A stretch of DNA of 64,000 nt from Patescibacteria group bacterium. Its GTDB lineage: Bacteria; Patescibacteriota; JABMPQ01. The stretch spans positions 4,579 through 68,578 of the forward strand of contig JAHJQX010000010.1 in assembly GCA_018818965.1 (NCBI GenBank). The letters run 5' to 3'. This document shows positions 9,375-18,374 of this stretch, piece after piece. Under the pieces are notes generated by a model, which was given only the letters and a program-made list of their open reading frames with translations, had not been told where the DNA came from and did not search any database. Each line of letters starts with the position of its first letter. Within the stretch, counting starts at the first letter, position 1. Both the position numbers and the translations under genes were made by a program.

Positions 9375-10388
9375 ATGGCTAAAAGAAAATATACTTGGCT
9401 TTGGATTTTACTGGGGGCGGTGTTAGTTGTATTGGTTTTGGGAATTACAGTTGTAGTGGGTATCGGGTATTTGGTAAATAAAAATTATGCAGTTGATGAT
9501 TATTTATCCTCTTCTGATTACGGCCTAACTAAAGGTTCATCGTCGGGGTATAGCTTGAGTGGTGCCAGTGATACTGAGTCAGCCCTAAGCGAGGAAAAAA
9601 CTTTGTCTAAATCTGCGGCTGAGCCATCCGCCTTAACTACCAGTAATTCTGCATCTTTAGACACGAGCGTTGACGAAGTTTATTCCGCTGCTAGCGATAT
9701 TTCTGAAAAGAAAGTAATTAAAACTGGCAACCTTTCCGTAACAGTAGAAAATGCGGGGGAAGCGGTTACTAAAATTACTGACGTGATAGACGACGAGGGT
9801 GGTTTTGTACAGAGCTCTAATGTCTATACTGCCTCTGATGATTCACAGTCGGCTACCGTCGTCGTAAAAGTCCCCGCCAAGGATTTTGAAAAGACAGTCA
9901 AAGATATCAAAAAACTAGTCAAAAGCGTAGAAAGTGAAAGTGTGTCGGGTCAGGATGTCACGGCCGAATATGTGGATTTGCAAGCTCAGCTGAAAAATTA
10001 TCGTGCTGAAGAGGAGCAGTACATCAAGATAATGGAGCAGGCGACTACGGTTGAAGACACCCTGAAGGTAGCAGACAAATTAGCCCGGGTACGAGGAAAT
10101 ATCGAACAGGTAGAAGGCAGGATCAAATATTTGGAAAATCAAACAGATTTTTCTACCATTACTATCTATTTGAGCGAGGAAACTAAGGTTAGTATACCCA
10201 CTAAGGAATGGAAGCCCTGGGAAAATGCCAAAGTAGCTTTTCAATATTGGGTAAAAGCTTTGCAGGGGTTAGTTGATGCCTCGGTCTGGATTATCTTGTT
10301 TGTCGGACCGGTAGTGATTGTGGCTCTGATAATAGTGTTGATCATTAGAGCAGTAATCAGAAAGAGAAAGAAAGCGAAAATAGAGTAG
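9375..10388 (+). CDS. DUF4349 domain membrane protein
   Basis: KKVIKTGNLSV, VKVPAKDF, DVTAEYVDL, coiled coil, STITIYL, C-terminal TM. Confidence 0.85.
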   Translation: MAKRKYTWLWILLGAVLVVLVLGITVVVGIGYLVNKNYAVDDYLSSSDYGLTKGSSSGYSLSGASDTESALSEEKTLSKSAAEPSALTTSNSASLDTSVDEVYSAASDISEKKVIKTGNLSVTVENAGEAVTKITDVIDDEGGFVQSSNVYTASDDSQSATVVVKVPAKDFEKTVKDIKKLVKSVESESVSGQDVTAEYVDLQAQLKNYRAEEEQYIKIMEQATTVEDTLKVADKLARVRGNIEQVEGRIKYLENQTDFSTITIYLSEETKVSIPTKEWKPWENAKVAFQYWVKALQGLVDASVWIILFVGPVVIVALIIVLIIRAVIRKRKKAKIE

Positions 10389-10443
10389 ATTTAAATTCTG
10401 TGAAATATCAGGAACCGCTTTTTGTAATGTAAATTTATACCAT

Positions 10444-11766
10444 ATGACCAAAGTAGAGATAAAAAAACTGTGTAAGACTCATAACGTCAACTCTGTTAGT
10501 CTTTGGTTTACCGATGTTCTGGGGATGCTCAAATCAGTCTCGGTATCAATCAAAGAGATTGATGATGTGATAGAGAATGGCAAGTTTTTTGATGGGTCAT
10601 CGATTGAAGGTTTTGCTCGGATTGAGGAATCAGATTTATTACTCCAGCCCGATTTAGATACCTTCTTAGTATTACCCTTCGAAATAGGTGATTATAAAAT
10701 TGGTCGACTAATTTGCGATGTTTATAAACCTAACAATACTTCTTTTACTAATTGTCCCCGGGGAGTTTTAAAAAGGACTCTCCAAAAATTATCTCGGCCG
10801 GGCTATAAAATGTATTGTGGTCCTGAATTAGAATATTTTTACCTTAAAGAAAATGAGGATCAGCACGATTTGATCGATAGAGGTAAATATTTTGATATGT
10901 TGGGCATTGATGAAGGAACAGTACTGCGGGAAAAGACATTATCTACTTTAGAAAGTATTGGGATTAAGTGTGAATGTACCCATCACGAAGTAGCCCCTTC
11001 CTCACACGAGATTGGCCTCAAGTATGCCGAAGCTCTCAAGATGGCTGATCAGGTGATGACTTACCGTTTTATAGTCAAGGCTGTCGCCCAACAAGCTGGT
11101 TTTCACGCCACCTTTATGCCCAAGCCAATCACTGGCATCAACGGTAGCGGTATGCATGTGCATCAATCGCTGTTTAAAGGCGCGAAAAATATATTTTATG
11201 ATAAACAAGATGAATATGGTTTGTCAGCTATCGCCAAATTTTACACAGCCGGATTATTAAAATATAGTCGAGAAATTACTTTAACCACTAACCAATGGGT
11301 TAATTCCTATAAAAGATTAGTCCCGGGCTATGAAGCTCCAACCTATATTGCTTGGGGACGAGCTAATCGTTCCGCTTTGGTTAGAATACCAGCTACCAGG
11401 CCGGGTAAGGCTAAAGCGACTAGGGTAGAATATCGTGCTCCTGATCCAGCCTGTAATCCCTATTTAGCCTTTGCGTCAATGTTAGGAGCAGGCTTACAGG
11501 GCATTAAAGAAAAACTAGTCTTAGACAAACCAGCCGAGGATGATATCTATCATCTAAGTAAAGAGGAGCTGGATGGAAGAAAGATTGGCGTTTTACCAGA
11601 TAATTTAATTGAAGCTGTCCAGGAAGCAGAAGAGAGTAAATTTTTGCAAGATTTATTAGGAGAAGGCCTACATACTAAATTGCTTGAAAATAAACATCAG
11701 GAATGGGATGAATATCGTATCCAAGTTTCTGATTACGAGAAGAAAAGATATTTGCCGATTTTGTAG
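10444..11766 (+). CDS. glnA: Glutamine synthetase type I
   Basis: FDGSSIEGF, HHEVA, ATFMPKP, NGSGMHVHQS, EYRAPDPACNPYL. Confidence 0.97.
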   Translation: MTKVEIKKLCKTHNVNSVSLWFTDVLGMLKSVSVSIKEIDDVIENGKFFDGSSIEGFARIEESDLLLQPDLDTFLVLPFEIGDYKIGRLICDVYKPNNTSFTNCPRGVLKRTLQKLSRPGYKMYCGPELEYFYLKENEDQHDLIDRGKYFDMLGIDEGTVLREKTLSTLESIGIKCECTHHEVAPSSHEIGLKYAEALKMADQVMTYRFIVKAVAQQAGFHATFMPKPITGINGSGMHVHQSLFKGAKNIFYDKQDEYGLSAIAKFYTAGLLKYSREITLTTNQWVNSYKRLVPGYEAPTYIAWGRANRSALVRIPATRPGKAKATRVEYRAPDPACNPYLAFASMLGAGLQGIKEKLVLDKPAEDDIYHLSKEELDGRKIGVLPDNLIEAVQEAEESKFLQDLLGEGLHTKLLENKHQEWDEYRIQVSDYEKKRYLPIL

Positions 11767-11774
11767 TTGCGCCT

Positions 11775-12977
11775 ATGTCAAAACTAGAGCTACTAGCCCC
11801 AGCGGGGGATTTACGCAAACTTAAAACAGCGTTAGCCTTTGGGGCGGACGCTGTTTATTTTGGTTTGCCGGCTTTTTCGCTACGGTCACGGCTTAATCCT
11901 TTTGATAAAGGGAAAGTCAAGGAGGCGATGGCCTATGTGCATCAACAGGGTCGCCGAGCTTATTTAACCTTTAATATCTATCCCCACAGTCGTCATCTAA
12001 AAGAGTTGCCGAAATATGTTGATTTGATCGCTGAGCTCAAGCCCGATGCGCTGATCATGTCTGATCCGGGCATTATATCTTTTGTTAAAGAAAAGTTGCC
12101 GGAAATCCCGCGCCATCTTTCTACTCAGGCCAATTGCACTAACTGGCGGGCGGCTAAATTCTGGCATGAGCAAGGGATTAAGCGGATTATCTTAGCGCGG
12201 GAGGTGATTCTAGAAGATGTCAAAGAAATCCATCAAAAGGTTCCGAAATTAGAATTAGAATATTTTGTTCACGGGGCGATGTGCATGGCTTATTCGGGGC
12301 GGTGTATCTTGAGTAAATGGCTAACCGGTCGCAGTGCTAACCTGGGTGATTGTTCGCAGCCTTGCCGTTGGAAGTATCATCTAACGGAAGAAAAGCATCC
12401 AGGCGAGTATATGCCGATAGAAGAGGATCAACATGGTACTTACATCATGAATTCTAAGGATATATGCTTGATAGAACATATTGATGAGCTGCGCCAGGCT
12501 GGTGTTTGCAGTGTAAAGATCGAAGGACGGACGAAAAGTATTTACTATGTAGCCAATATTGTCAAAGCTTATCGGCAGGCTATTGATGGTGATAGGCCGG
12601 TTAAAGAGTTACGTCAAGAATTAGATAAAATCACTAATCGAGGCTATATCCCAGGATTTTTGTTTGGTGAAGAAAAATGCGAGCATAATCTGGCTAATTC
12701 GCATAATATTGCTGATTGGCAATTTGTGGGCGAGGTAATAGAATATGATCGGAAAAAAGAGACAGCGAACATTAAAGTTCACAATGAAATTCATCAAGGT
12801 GATAAAATAGAATTCGTAGTGCCAGGGGGAGATAATTTTACGCAAAAGCTGGATAAATTTCAGGATACTGAATCGGGAGAAGAGCTAACGGAAGCACACG
12901 GAGGAGCGGGGCAGAAAATAATTGTCAACCCTAGGAACCTGGCCCCAAAATACTCAGTCTTAAGAAGAAAAATATAA
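11775..12977 (+). CDS. Peptidase U32 family Fe-S protein (TrhP/YegQ-like tRNA hydroxylation)
   Basis: ELLAPAG, HGAMCMAYSGRC, GDCSQPCRW, SVKIEGR, C-terminal beta domain. Confidence 0.9.
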   Translation: MSKLELLAPAGDLRKLKTALAFGADAVYFGLPAFSLRSRLNPFDKGKVKEAMAYVHQQGRRAYLTFNIYPHSRHLKELPKYVDLIAELKPDALIMSDPGIISFVKEKLPEIPRHLSTQANCTNWRAAKFWHEQGIKRIILAREVILEDVKEIHQKVPKLELEYFVHGAMCMAYSGRCILSKWLTGRSANLGDCSQPCRWKYHLTEEKHPGEYMPIEEDQHGTYIMNSKDICLIEHIDELRQAGVCSVKIEGRTKSIYYVANIVKAYRQAIDGDRPVKELRQELDKITNRGYIPGFLFGEEKCEHNLANSHNIADWQFVGEVIEYDRKKETANIKVHNEIHQGDKIEFVVPGGDNFTQKLDKFQDTESGEELTEAHGGAGQKIIVNPRNLAPKYSVLRRKI

Positions 12978-12983
12978 TTTGTG

Positions 12984-13030
12984 CTAATAAAAAAACTACC
13001 CCACATAAAACAAGGGTAGTTTTTTATTAG
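12984..13030. terminator. Bidirectional terminator between convergent genes
   Basis: A-run-CTACCC ... GGGTAG-T-run inverted repeat. Confidence 0.75.
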
Positions 13031-13035
13031 TATGC

Positions 13036-13317
13036 TTACAGTGTTTTCTCAGCGTCAGCGACGAAATTATCAACGGCTGTTTGTAATATTGATTCGTAAT
13101 CTGGCACATTACTCTTGAGGTATTCTGCTAGCTTGGGGTCGTCGTCGTTAATTTTTTCTTCTAACTCGGCGGCTTTATCATCTGGAATGCTATTTGCGAG
13201 AGCGGTAATGATATATTTCTCTAGTTTTTCTCCCAGTTTTTCCGTCAATAATTCGCTAGCAGATAATTTATCGAGTAACCCCGTGCTTTGCAAAAGTTGT
13301 TTTGTTTGAGTAAGCAT
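13036..13317 (-). CDS. Small acidic helical hypothetical protein (DUF5663-like)
   Basis: 93 aa; YLKSNVPDYESIL motif resembles CPR DUF5663 proteins. Confidence 0.55.
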   Translation of the reverse strand: MLTQTKQLLQSTGLLDKLSASELLTEKLGEKLEKYIITALANSIPDDKAAELEEKINDDDPKLAEYLKSNVPDYESILQTAVDNFVADAEKTL

Positions 13318-13359
13318 TTATTTTTTTATTTAGGTGTTCATTAGTTAGTTTATGGAATG

Positions 13360-14115
13360 CTATCTACTGGCTACTTTTTCTGGCTCTTCTTGATCAGCTC
13401 TTTGCGGCACAGGTTTTCCGACAGTTCTTGGTGGCTTAGGTTTTTTATCAGCAAATAAATAATCGATTTCAGACCCTGCATTTCCTTGGCGCGGTGCTCG
13501 ATGGGAAGGACCCTGGCGACGTTTTTTACCACCAGGACGTTCTAAAGGAGCAGGTGATCCCTTTAGAGCCCTACCGGCTGTCTCCATGTTTCTTCTGTCC
13601 TCTACTTCCTTCAGAGCTCGTTTGTAAAATCCCTGTAAAGAATCTGGTAGTTGTAAATTTTTATCATCGCCGGACTCAATCGCTACTTTAAGGGTGTCGA
13701 TTATTTTACGCCCGTTCATTTCCAGGATACTTCCTTTAATTTCACCTTGACCAACTTTGGGGGCTGTATCACCCTGTTGTTTAATTTTCAAGCGCTCTTT
13801 TAGTAAATCTTCTAGTTGGTAAGAAGTCACTATTTCATCACTGTCTAAAGATTCTAGATCAACTCCTGGCTTAAAAAAGCTAGCAGGAATAGGTCTATCC
13901 ACATAACTATCTAAATGTCTTCCAGTCTCCGCGCTAGCATTACCAGCCAAACTCAACAGAGTCGCTGCGAGTATGATCTCTTTTTTACCGAACAACCCAC
14001 CCCGAAGACGCTCTCTTCCGGGAGACAATTTCGGTTCCATGATTTCCAACCGAGCCTCTCTGTCGGCTCCTGCTAATTCTTCGCTCGGCACTCCTTCAGG
14101 TGATCCCTCAGTCAT
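13360..14115 (-). CDS. Orphan hypothetical protein with delayed signal-peptide-like segment
   Basis: 251-aa ORF with its own promoter; KKEIILAATLLSLAGNASA at about aa 44-62. Confidence 0.65.
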   Translation of the reverse strand: MTEGSPEGVPSEELAGADREARLEIMEPKLSPGRERLRGGLFGKKEIILAATLLSLAGNASAETGRHLDSYVDRPIPASFFKPGVDLESLDSDEIVTSYQLEDLLKERLKIKQQGDTAPKVGQGEIKGSILEMNGRKIIDTLKVAIESGDDKNLQLPDSLQGFYKRALKEVEDRRNMETAGRALKGSPAPLERPGGKKRRQGPSHRAPRQGNAGSEIDYLFADKKPKPPRTVGKPVPQRADQEEPEKVASR

Positions 14116-14147
14116 ATTTTTATAGTTATTTATTATCTATCTTCCCT

Positions 14148-14176
14148 ATGCTAACATAATATAACACAAATGTCAA
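14148..14176 (-). promoter_or_regulatory. sigma70 promoter
   Basis: TTGACA-17 nt-TAGCAT on the minus strand. Confidence 0.6.
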
Positions 14177-14187
14177 TAGTACTATAA

Positions 14188-15057
14188 AGGGTATACTAAC
14201 CCTGTTGGAACAAGAGTAGGATAGAATGAAATATATTAATTAACTCTTGTTCTATGATTGCATTTATCAATCAGGTTCCCTCGGAAACTAAAATCAAGAA
14301 ACAATTAAGAAAGATTATCTTTGGTCAAAATATGTTTTGTCCTCACTGTAATTCTAGGCAAGTGTATCGTTGTGAGAGTAGATACAGGTGTCGTAAGTGT
14401 AGAAGACCATTCACCCTACTATCAGGTACTTGGCTGAAGGACATGAAATTATCCCTGCGTACCTTCTGGGCTTTACTCTGGTGTTGGACACAGAAGGTTC
14501 CAGTGTTACAAACTATTAAACTATGCCATGTCAGCGAGAAGACTGCTAGGCATTGGTTCAGACAGTTCAGGCTACATTTGCCTCAATTTGAGGAGATTCT
14601 AGAAGGGACAGCTCAAATGGATGAAGCCTACTTCAGAAGTCTATCTCTGATTATGGCTAAACAACAAGGTAGTAGAAAACTAGCTCATCAGATCATAACC
14701 GGGAATTCCGTAAACAAAACTGAAGCAGCAAATTTCCTTTTTCAATATGTTCAACCTAATACTAAATTACATACAGATGGAGCTGGTATATATCGTAGTA
14801 TTGATCAGTGGTGGCCAGTCAAGCACAAGAGAGATATTCATTCCAAATGGGAATTTGGATTAACCTCAGAAATTGAAGGAATGTTTGGTAATTTACGTAC
14901 TTTTATTCGCAGAATGTATCATCATGTTACTCCACAATACCTACCAGAATATGTGAGTGAATTCTGCCTCAGATTTTCCTCACCTAAAATGTTCAGTTCT
15001 CCCTTAGAATATCTTAAAAAGTCCCTTTAGCTTGTTCCAACTTGTAATGATTACCCC
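14188..15057 (+). mobile_element. IS1595-family insertion sequence (ends approximate)
   Basis: Imperfect 27-bp inverted repeats sharing GGGTA and GTTGGAACAAG (14188-14214 / 15031-15057) flank a transposase. Confidence 0.75.
14254..15030 (+). CDS. IS1595-family DDE transposase
   Basis: Zn ribbon CPHC...CRKC, HTH, QMDEAYF, LHTDG, IEGMF, YHHV...YLPEYVSEF. Confidence 0.92.
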   Translation: MIAFINQVPSETKIKKQLRKIIFGQNMFCPHCNSRQVYRCESRYRCRKCRRPFTLLSGTWLKDMKLSLRTFWALLWCWTQKVPVLQTIKLCHVSEKTARHWFRQFRLHLPQFEEILEGTAQMDEAYFRSLSLIMAKQQGSRKLAHQIITGNSVNKTEAANFLFQYVQPNTKLHTDGAGIYRSIDQWWPVKHKRDIHSKWEFGLTSEIEGMFGNLRTFIRRMYHHVTPQYLPEYVSEFCLRFSSPKMFSSPLEYLKKSL

Positions 15058-15190
15058 TACTAACCCTCTTGACATAGGCTACAACAAAGAACGTTATAAC
15101 AATTTTTAAATCTTTTCAGTATAAATAAAATGTCTAATTAGTAAAGGTCTTTTATATAGAAAGTTCTACCATCCACGCTCTTCCATCAAA

Positions 15191-15210
15191 AAAAGGCTTA
15201 AATAAGCCTT
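15191..15210 (-). terminator. Terminator after tRNA-Gln
   Basis: AAGGCTTA-TT-TAAGCCTT plus T-run on the minus strand. Confidence 0.7.
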
Positions 15211-15221
15211 AAAATCGTCTA

Positions 15222-15292
15222 CTGGGGAGGAGGGATTCGAACCCCCGATCATGGAGCCAGAGTCCATTGCCTTACCGCTTGGCTACTCCCCA
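15222..15292 (-). tRNA. tRNA-Gln (anticodon CUG), CCA not encoded
   Basis: TGGGGAGTAGCCAAGCGGTAAGGC ATGGA-CTCTGGC-TCCAT ... GGTTCGAATCC-CTCCCCAG. Confidence 0.95.
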
Positions 15293-15338
15293 TTATAAAA
15301 CCTATTGCCCCCGGAGTATAAAAAATCGTAGCTGACTT

Positions 15339-16484
15339 TTACTTTTTGGTCAAGGTTGCACTCTTACCTCCAACCTGCCTGTCCGGCAAACAAATCCGTT
15401 TCGCCTTCAAAACTAAAATCATTCCCAAGACGAACATAAAAATAAACAACAAGGCTAACACGAGAGACTTGTATTTACCTTCAACCAACAAAGCTACCGA
15501 ACCGAATATTGCACTGACAATATAGAAAAATACAACGGCACCTCGTTGAGTAAACCCCAAATCTAGCAAACGAAAATGTAAGTGTTTGCGATCAGCTGAT
15601 TTAAAAGGTGACTGCCTAAACCACAGGCGGCGGGCAATTACCCAACCCACATCTAAGATAGGGATGCCCATGATTAGCAAAGCTGTAGCAATCTTCCCAC
15701 CGCTAATGATAGCTAACACTCCTAACATAAACCCAACCCACGTACTACCTGCTTCCCCGAGAAATATTCGAGCGGGATGAAAATTTAGCAAGAGAAATCC
15801 TAGAGCAGCCCCGGCCAAGACGATACATAACAAAGCAGTTTCTGGTTGCATCACCTGTGGAGTGAGACTGAGAAAAAATAGAACCACCGCTCCGATTACA
15901 GTGACACCAGACACTAATCCATCAAGTCCATCAAGCAATTTGGTGGTGTACACCATTCCTAATAACCACAACAGAGTAAAAATATCGGCTAGAGGAGTAA
16001 AATAATAGGGCACTCCCTGCCAATTAAGAACTTCAATATTGATAAGATCAAGTCGGAAAGCACTACCAAAGGGATTGGAAATAAAATCAATGCCAATACC
16101 AGCAGTGATAATAACTAAAGAAGCTAATACTGGCCAAATAATCAGCTTGCCGGGCGATAAGTTATATTTATCATCAAGAACACCACCAACCATTAAAATC
16201 AGTCCTCCCAAAATTATACCGGCGATATGTTTTGGCAACATGTAGCCAGTAAAATAAGAATCGTCCCAAAGTAAAAAGAAAAGCAACACTAGTGTGAAAG
16301 CCAAAAAAACAGCTACTCCACCTAGTAGTGGAATCGGCTTCCGATGTATCTTCCGTTGGCCCTCTGGCTGATCAACAATCCCCCAACGCAAAGCTAACTT
16401 TTTCGTTAACAAAGTCAACAACGCCGACAGAGAACCAGCGAGAAAAAAAAGGGTAACAAATTGAACAACATTAGTCAGCATCAA
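15339..16484 (-). CDS. MraY/WecA/TagO family undecaprenyl-phosphate GlcNAc-1-P transferase
   Basis: KIHRKPIPLLGG, GVLDD, LDGLDGL, NFHPARIFLGEAG, DRKHLHFRL. Confidence 0.93.
   Translation of the reverse strand: MMLTNVVQFVTLFFLAGSLSALLTLLTKKLALRWGIVDQPEGQRKIHRKPIPLLGGVAVFLAFTLVLLFFLLWDDSYFTGYMLPKHIAGIILGGLILMVGGVLDDKYNLSPGKLIIWPVLASLVIITAGIGIDFISNPFGSAFRLDLINIEVLNWQGVPYYFTPLADIFTLLWLLGMVYTTKLLDGLDGLVSGVTVIGAVVLFFLSLTPQVMQPETALLCIVLAGAALGFLLLNFHPARIFLGEAGSTWVGFMLGVLAIISGGKIATALLIMGIPILDVGWVIARRLWFRQSPFKSADRKHLHFRLLDLGFTQRGAVVFFYIVSAIFGSVALLVEGKYKSLVLALLFIFMFVLGMILVLKAKRICLPDRQVGGKSATLTKK
15373..15395. repeat. Degenerate palindromic repeat copy inside CDS tail
   Basis: Reverse complement ATTTGTTTGCCGGACAGGCAGGT resembles 58771-58793; encodes ICLPDRQV. 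Confidence 0.55.
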
Positions 16485-17998
16485 ATTTTACGTTTTTTCT
16501 CTGTCACCCAAAATCCCATATATTTTCCTATCATCAGTCTAGTTTGCGATTCTAGGGCTGGTACCGACCCAAGTAAAATAGCAGCGATAGGAAGTAACAG
16601 CCATTGCAAGAGCATGCTAATAATCATGCTTTTCTTCTTGTGCTTTGGCCTTTCGGGAATAATTAACATATTAATAGTAGCGGAAATAAACATACCAATC
16701 ATCGCTAAAGTCATCAAAACTTGAGTAATGTAGGGTAGGCTTTGGGCTAAAACTGTTTGGGTAAAATCATCTCCGCCCACAATTAACGGTAACCAGCCTA
16801 AAGAGAATATGATAATAGCATTGGTCGCCCAGGAATGAAAACCTTCCAGCGACCAAAAACCAAACTTGATTTTTTTCCGCCAGTTGATTTTGGTATTGCC
16901 GATAAAATTAGTAAAAATATAAGGGATATCTTCAATCCCCCAGGACCAACGTCGTTGCTGTTTGTACTGATTAATGACGCTTTCTCTGTAAGTATCGGCT
17001 AACACTGTATCCATGTAAACCGGGATTAACAAGGGCTCTACTCTGTATTCGCCATTATAATGGATTAAACACTGCCAAAAAACATGGGCGTCTTCAGACA
17101 CCACATCCACATCCCAAAAGCCGATATCAACTAGTGTTTTAAAACTCATGCTGTGGCTAGAGAAGGTTACCAACTTATCCGGCTTACTCTGTTCCATCAT
17201 CATCCAAAAAGTGGTGTGCATGGCTACTACCCGCATCAGAGCGGGTGAATCCCAAATATTATTAAAGAACATCGGCACTGGTTGATAACTAGCTTGGTGT
17301 GGATTCTCGGTAGTAAGAAATTTATATGTTAAAGCTCCGAAGTATTCGGGATGGATACAAGTGTCAACGTCTAGCACCGAGACAATCACTTTTTCGTATG
17401 GTATTTTTTGCTCGTCGATCACTTTTTTGGCTTCCCGCGCTGCCCAAGTTTCGTTTGATCCCTTGCCCGCAATTTCTCCCGGAATATTAGACGGATGCAA
17501 GGTACTCAAAAAAGTTTTGAATTTGTCACCATACAGGCCACGAATTGCCGCTGCATTTTTTTCCGCCCTTGCCTGATCTCTTTCCTCACCGGCGAAAACC
17601 ACAATCATCTTCTCTAGCGGATAATTAGCTTTTATTAAAGCTTCAAAGGTGGGCCTAATGACATCCAGTTCCTCCTTATAGGTCGGTAAAATTACCAAGT
17701 GATAAATATCATCCCACCCTTTGCTAGACTGACACTTTTGTTGCCAATCCACCCGTATCACTTTTTTTAAATTACGGTAAGAGGAAACCAGATGAATTGC
17801 CGAATAAAGAGCTTTAATCAACCAGTAAATATCAAAACAAATAATAAAAACTGCTACCCAAACAGGTTTGATAAAAGATAAAGTTATACTTCCGATTAAT
17901 GTTCCCCACGACAATACCCCCGGCAATACCTCAAAAAAACGCCAACCCGGCATTTTCCTCTTCTCGTGAATACTTAACTTGTTAATACTTATATTCAT
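16481..17998 (-). CDS. GT2 family membrane glycosyltransferase (processive type)
   Basis: ILPTYKE, DVD, SED and QQRRW (QxxRW) motifs; TM helices at both ends. Confidence 0.88.
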   Translation of the reverse strand: MNISINKLSIHEKRKMPGWRFFEVLPGVLSWGTLIGSITLSFIKPVWVAVFIICFDIYWLIKALYSAIHLVSSYRNLKKVIRVDWQQKCQSSKGWDDIYHLVILPTYKEELDVIRPTFEALIKANYPLEKMIVVFAGEERDQARAEKNAAAIRGLYGDKFKTFLSTLHPSNIPGEIAGKGSNETWAAREAKKVIDEQKIPYEKVIVSVLDVDTCIHPEYFGALTYKFLTTENPHQASYQPVPMFFNNIWDSPALMRVVAMHTTFWMMMEQSKPDKLVTFSSHSMSFKTLVDIGFWDVDVVSEDAHVFWQCLIHYNGEYRVEPLLIPVYMDTVLADTYRESVINQYKQQRRWSWGIEDIPYIFTNFIGNTKINWRKKIKFGFWSLEGFHSWATNAIIIFSLGWLPLIVGGDDFTQTVLAQSLPYITQVLMTLAMIGMFISATINMLIIPERPKHKKKSMIISMLLQWLLLPIAAILLGSVPALESQTRLMIGKYMGFWVTEKKRKI

Positions 17999-18000
17999 GT

Positions 18001-18369
18001 TTAAATTTCCTGGGTCATGGCGATACTGGCAGCTAGTAATAATAATTGAACTAAAATATTACTTAAGTTCAAAAGATAGGCTATAAATTTTTCTCGTCGG
18101 AAGAAAGATATACTAGTAATTAAATTAATAAGCAAAAGAAACAGGCCAAAGGCGGGAATAATAAACACTTTGTACCATAAATCAACAATATCTATCCCAT
18201 TATAGATATTATAATGCAACGGGATGGGATAGACACTGGGCTTAATTCTTAGAACCAGTACCATCCAAACCGCAAAATTGGTCAAGACACCAAAAATTAC
18301 CAAAACTAGAAAAAATTTGTCTCGTCGGATATTTGCTTGCTTGGCCTTTTGGATAATTTTACCTAACAT
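18001..18369 (-). CDS. Small membrane protein (DUF1648-like)
   Basis: IPLHYNIYNGID motif between TM helices. Confidence 0.65.
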   Translation of the reverse strand: MLGKIIQKAKQANIRRDKFFLVLVIFGVLTNFAVWMVLVLRIKPSVYPIPLHYNIYNGIDIVDLWYKVFIIPAFGLFLLLINLITSISFFRREKFIAYLLNLSNILVQLLLLAASIAMTQEI

Positions 18370-18374
18370 AATAA

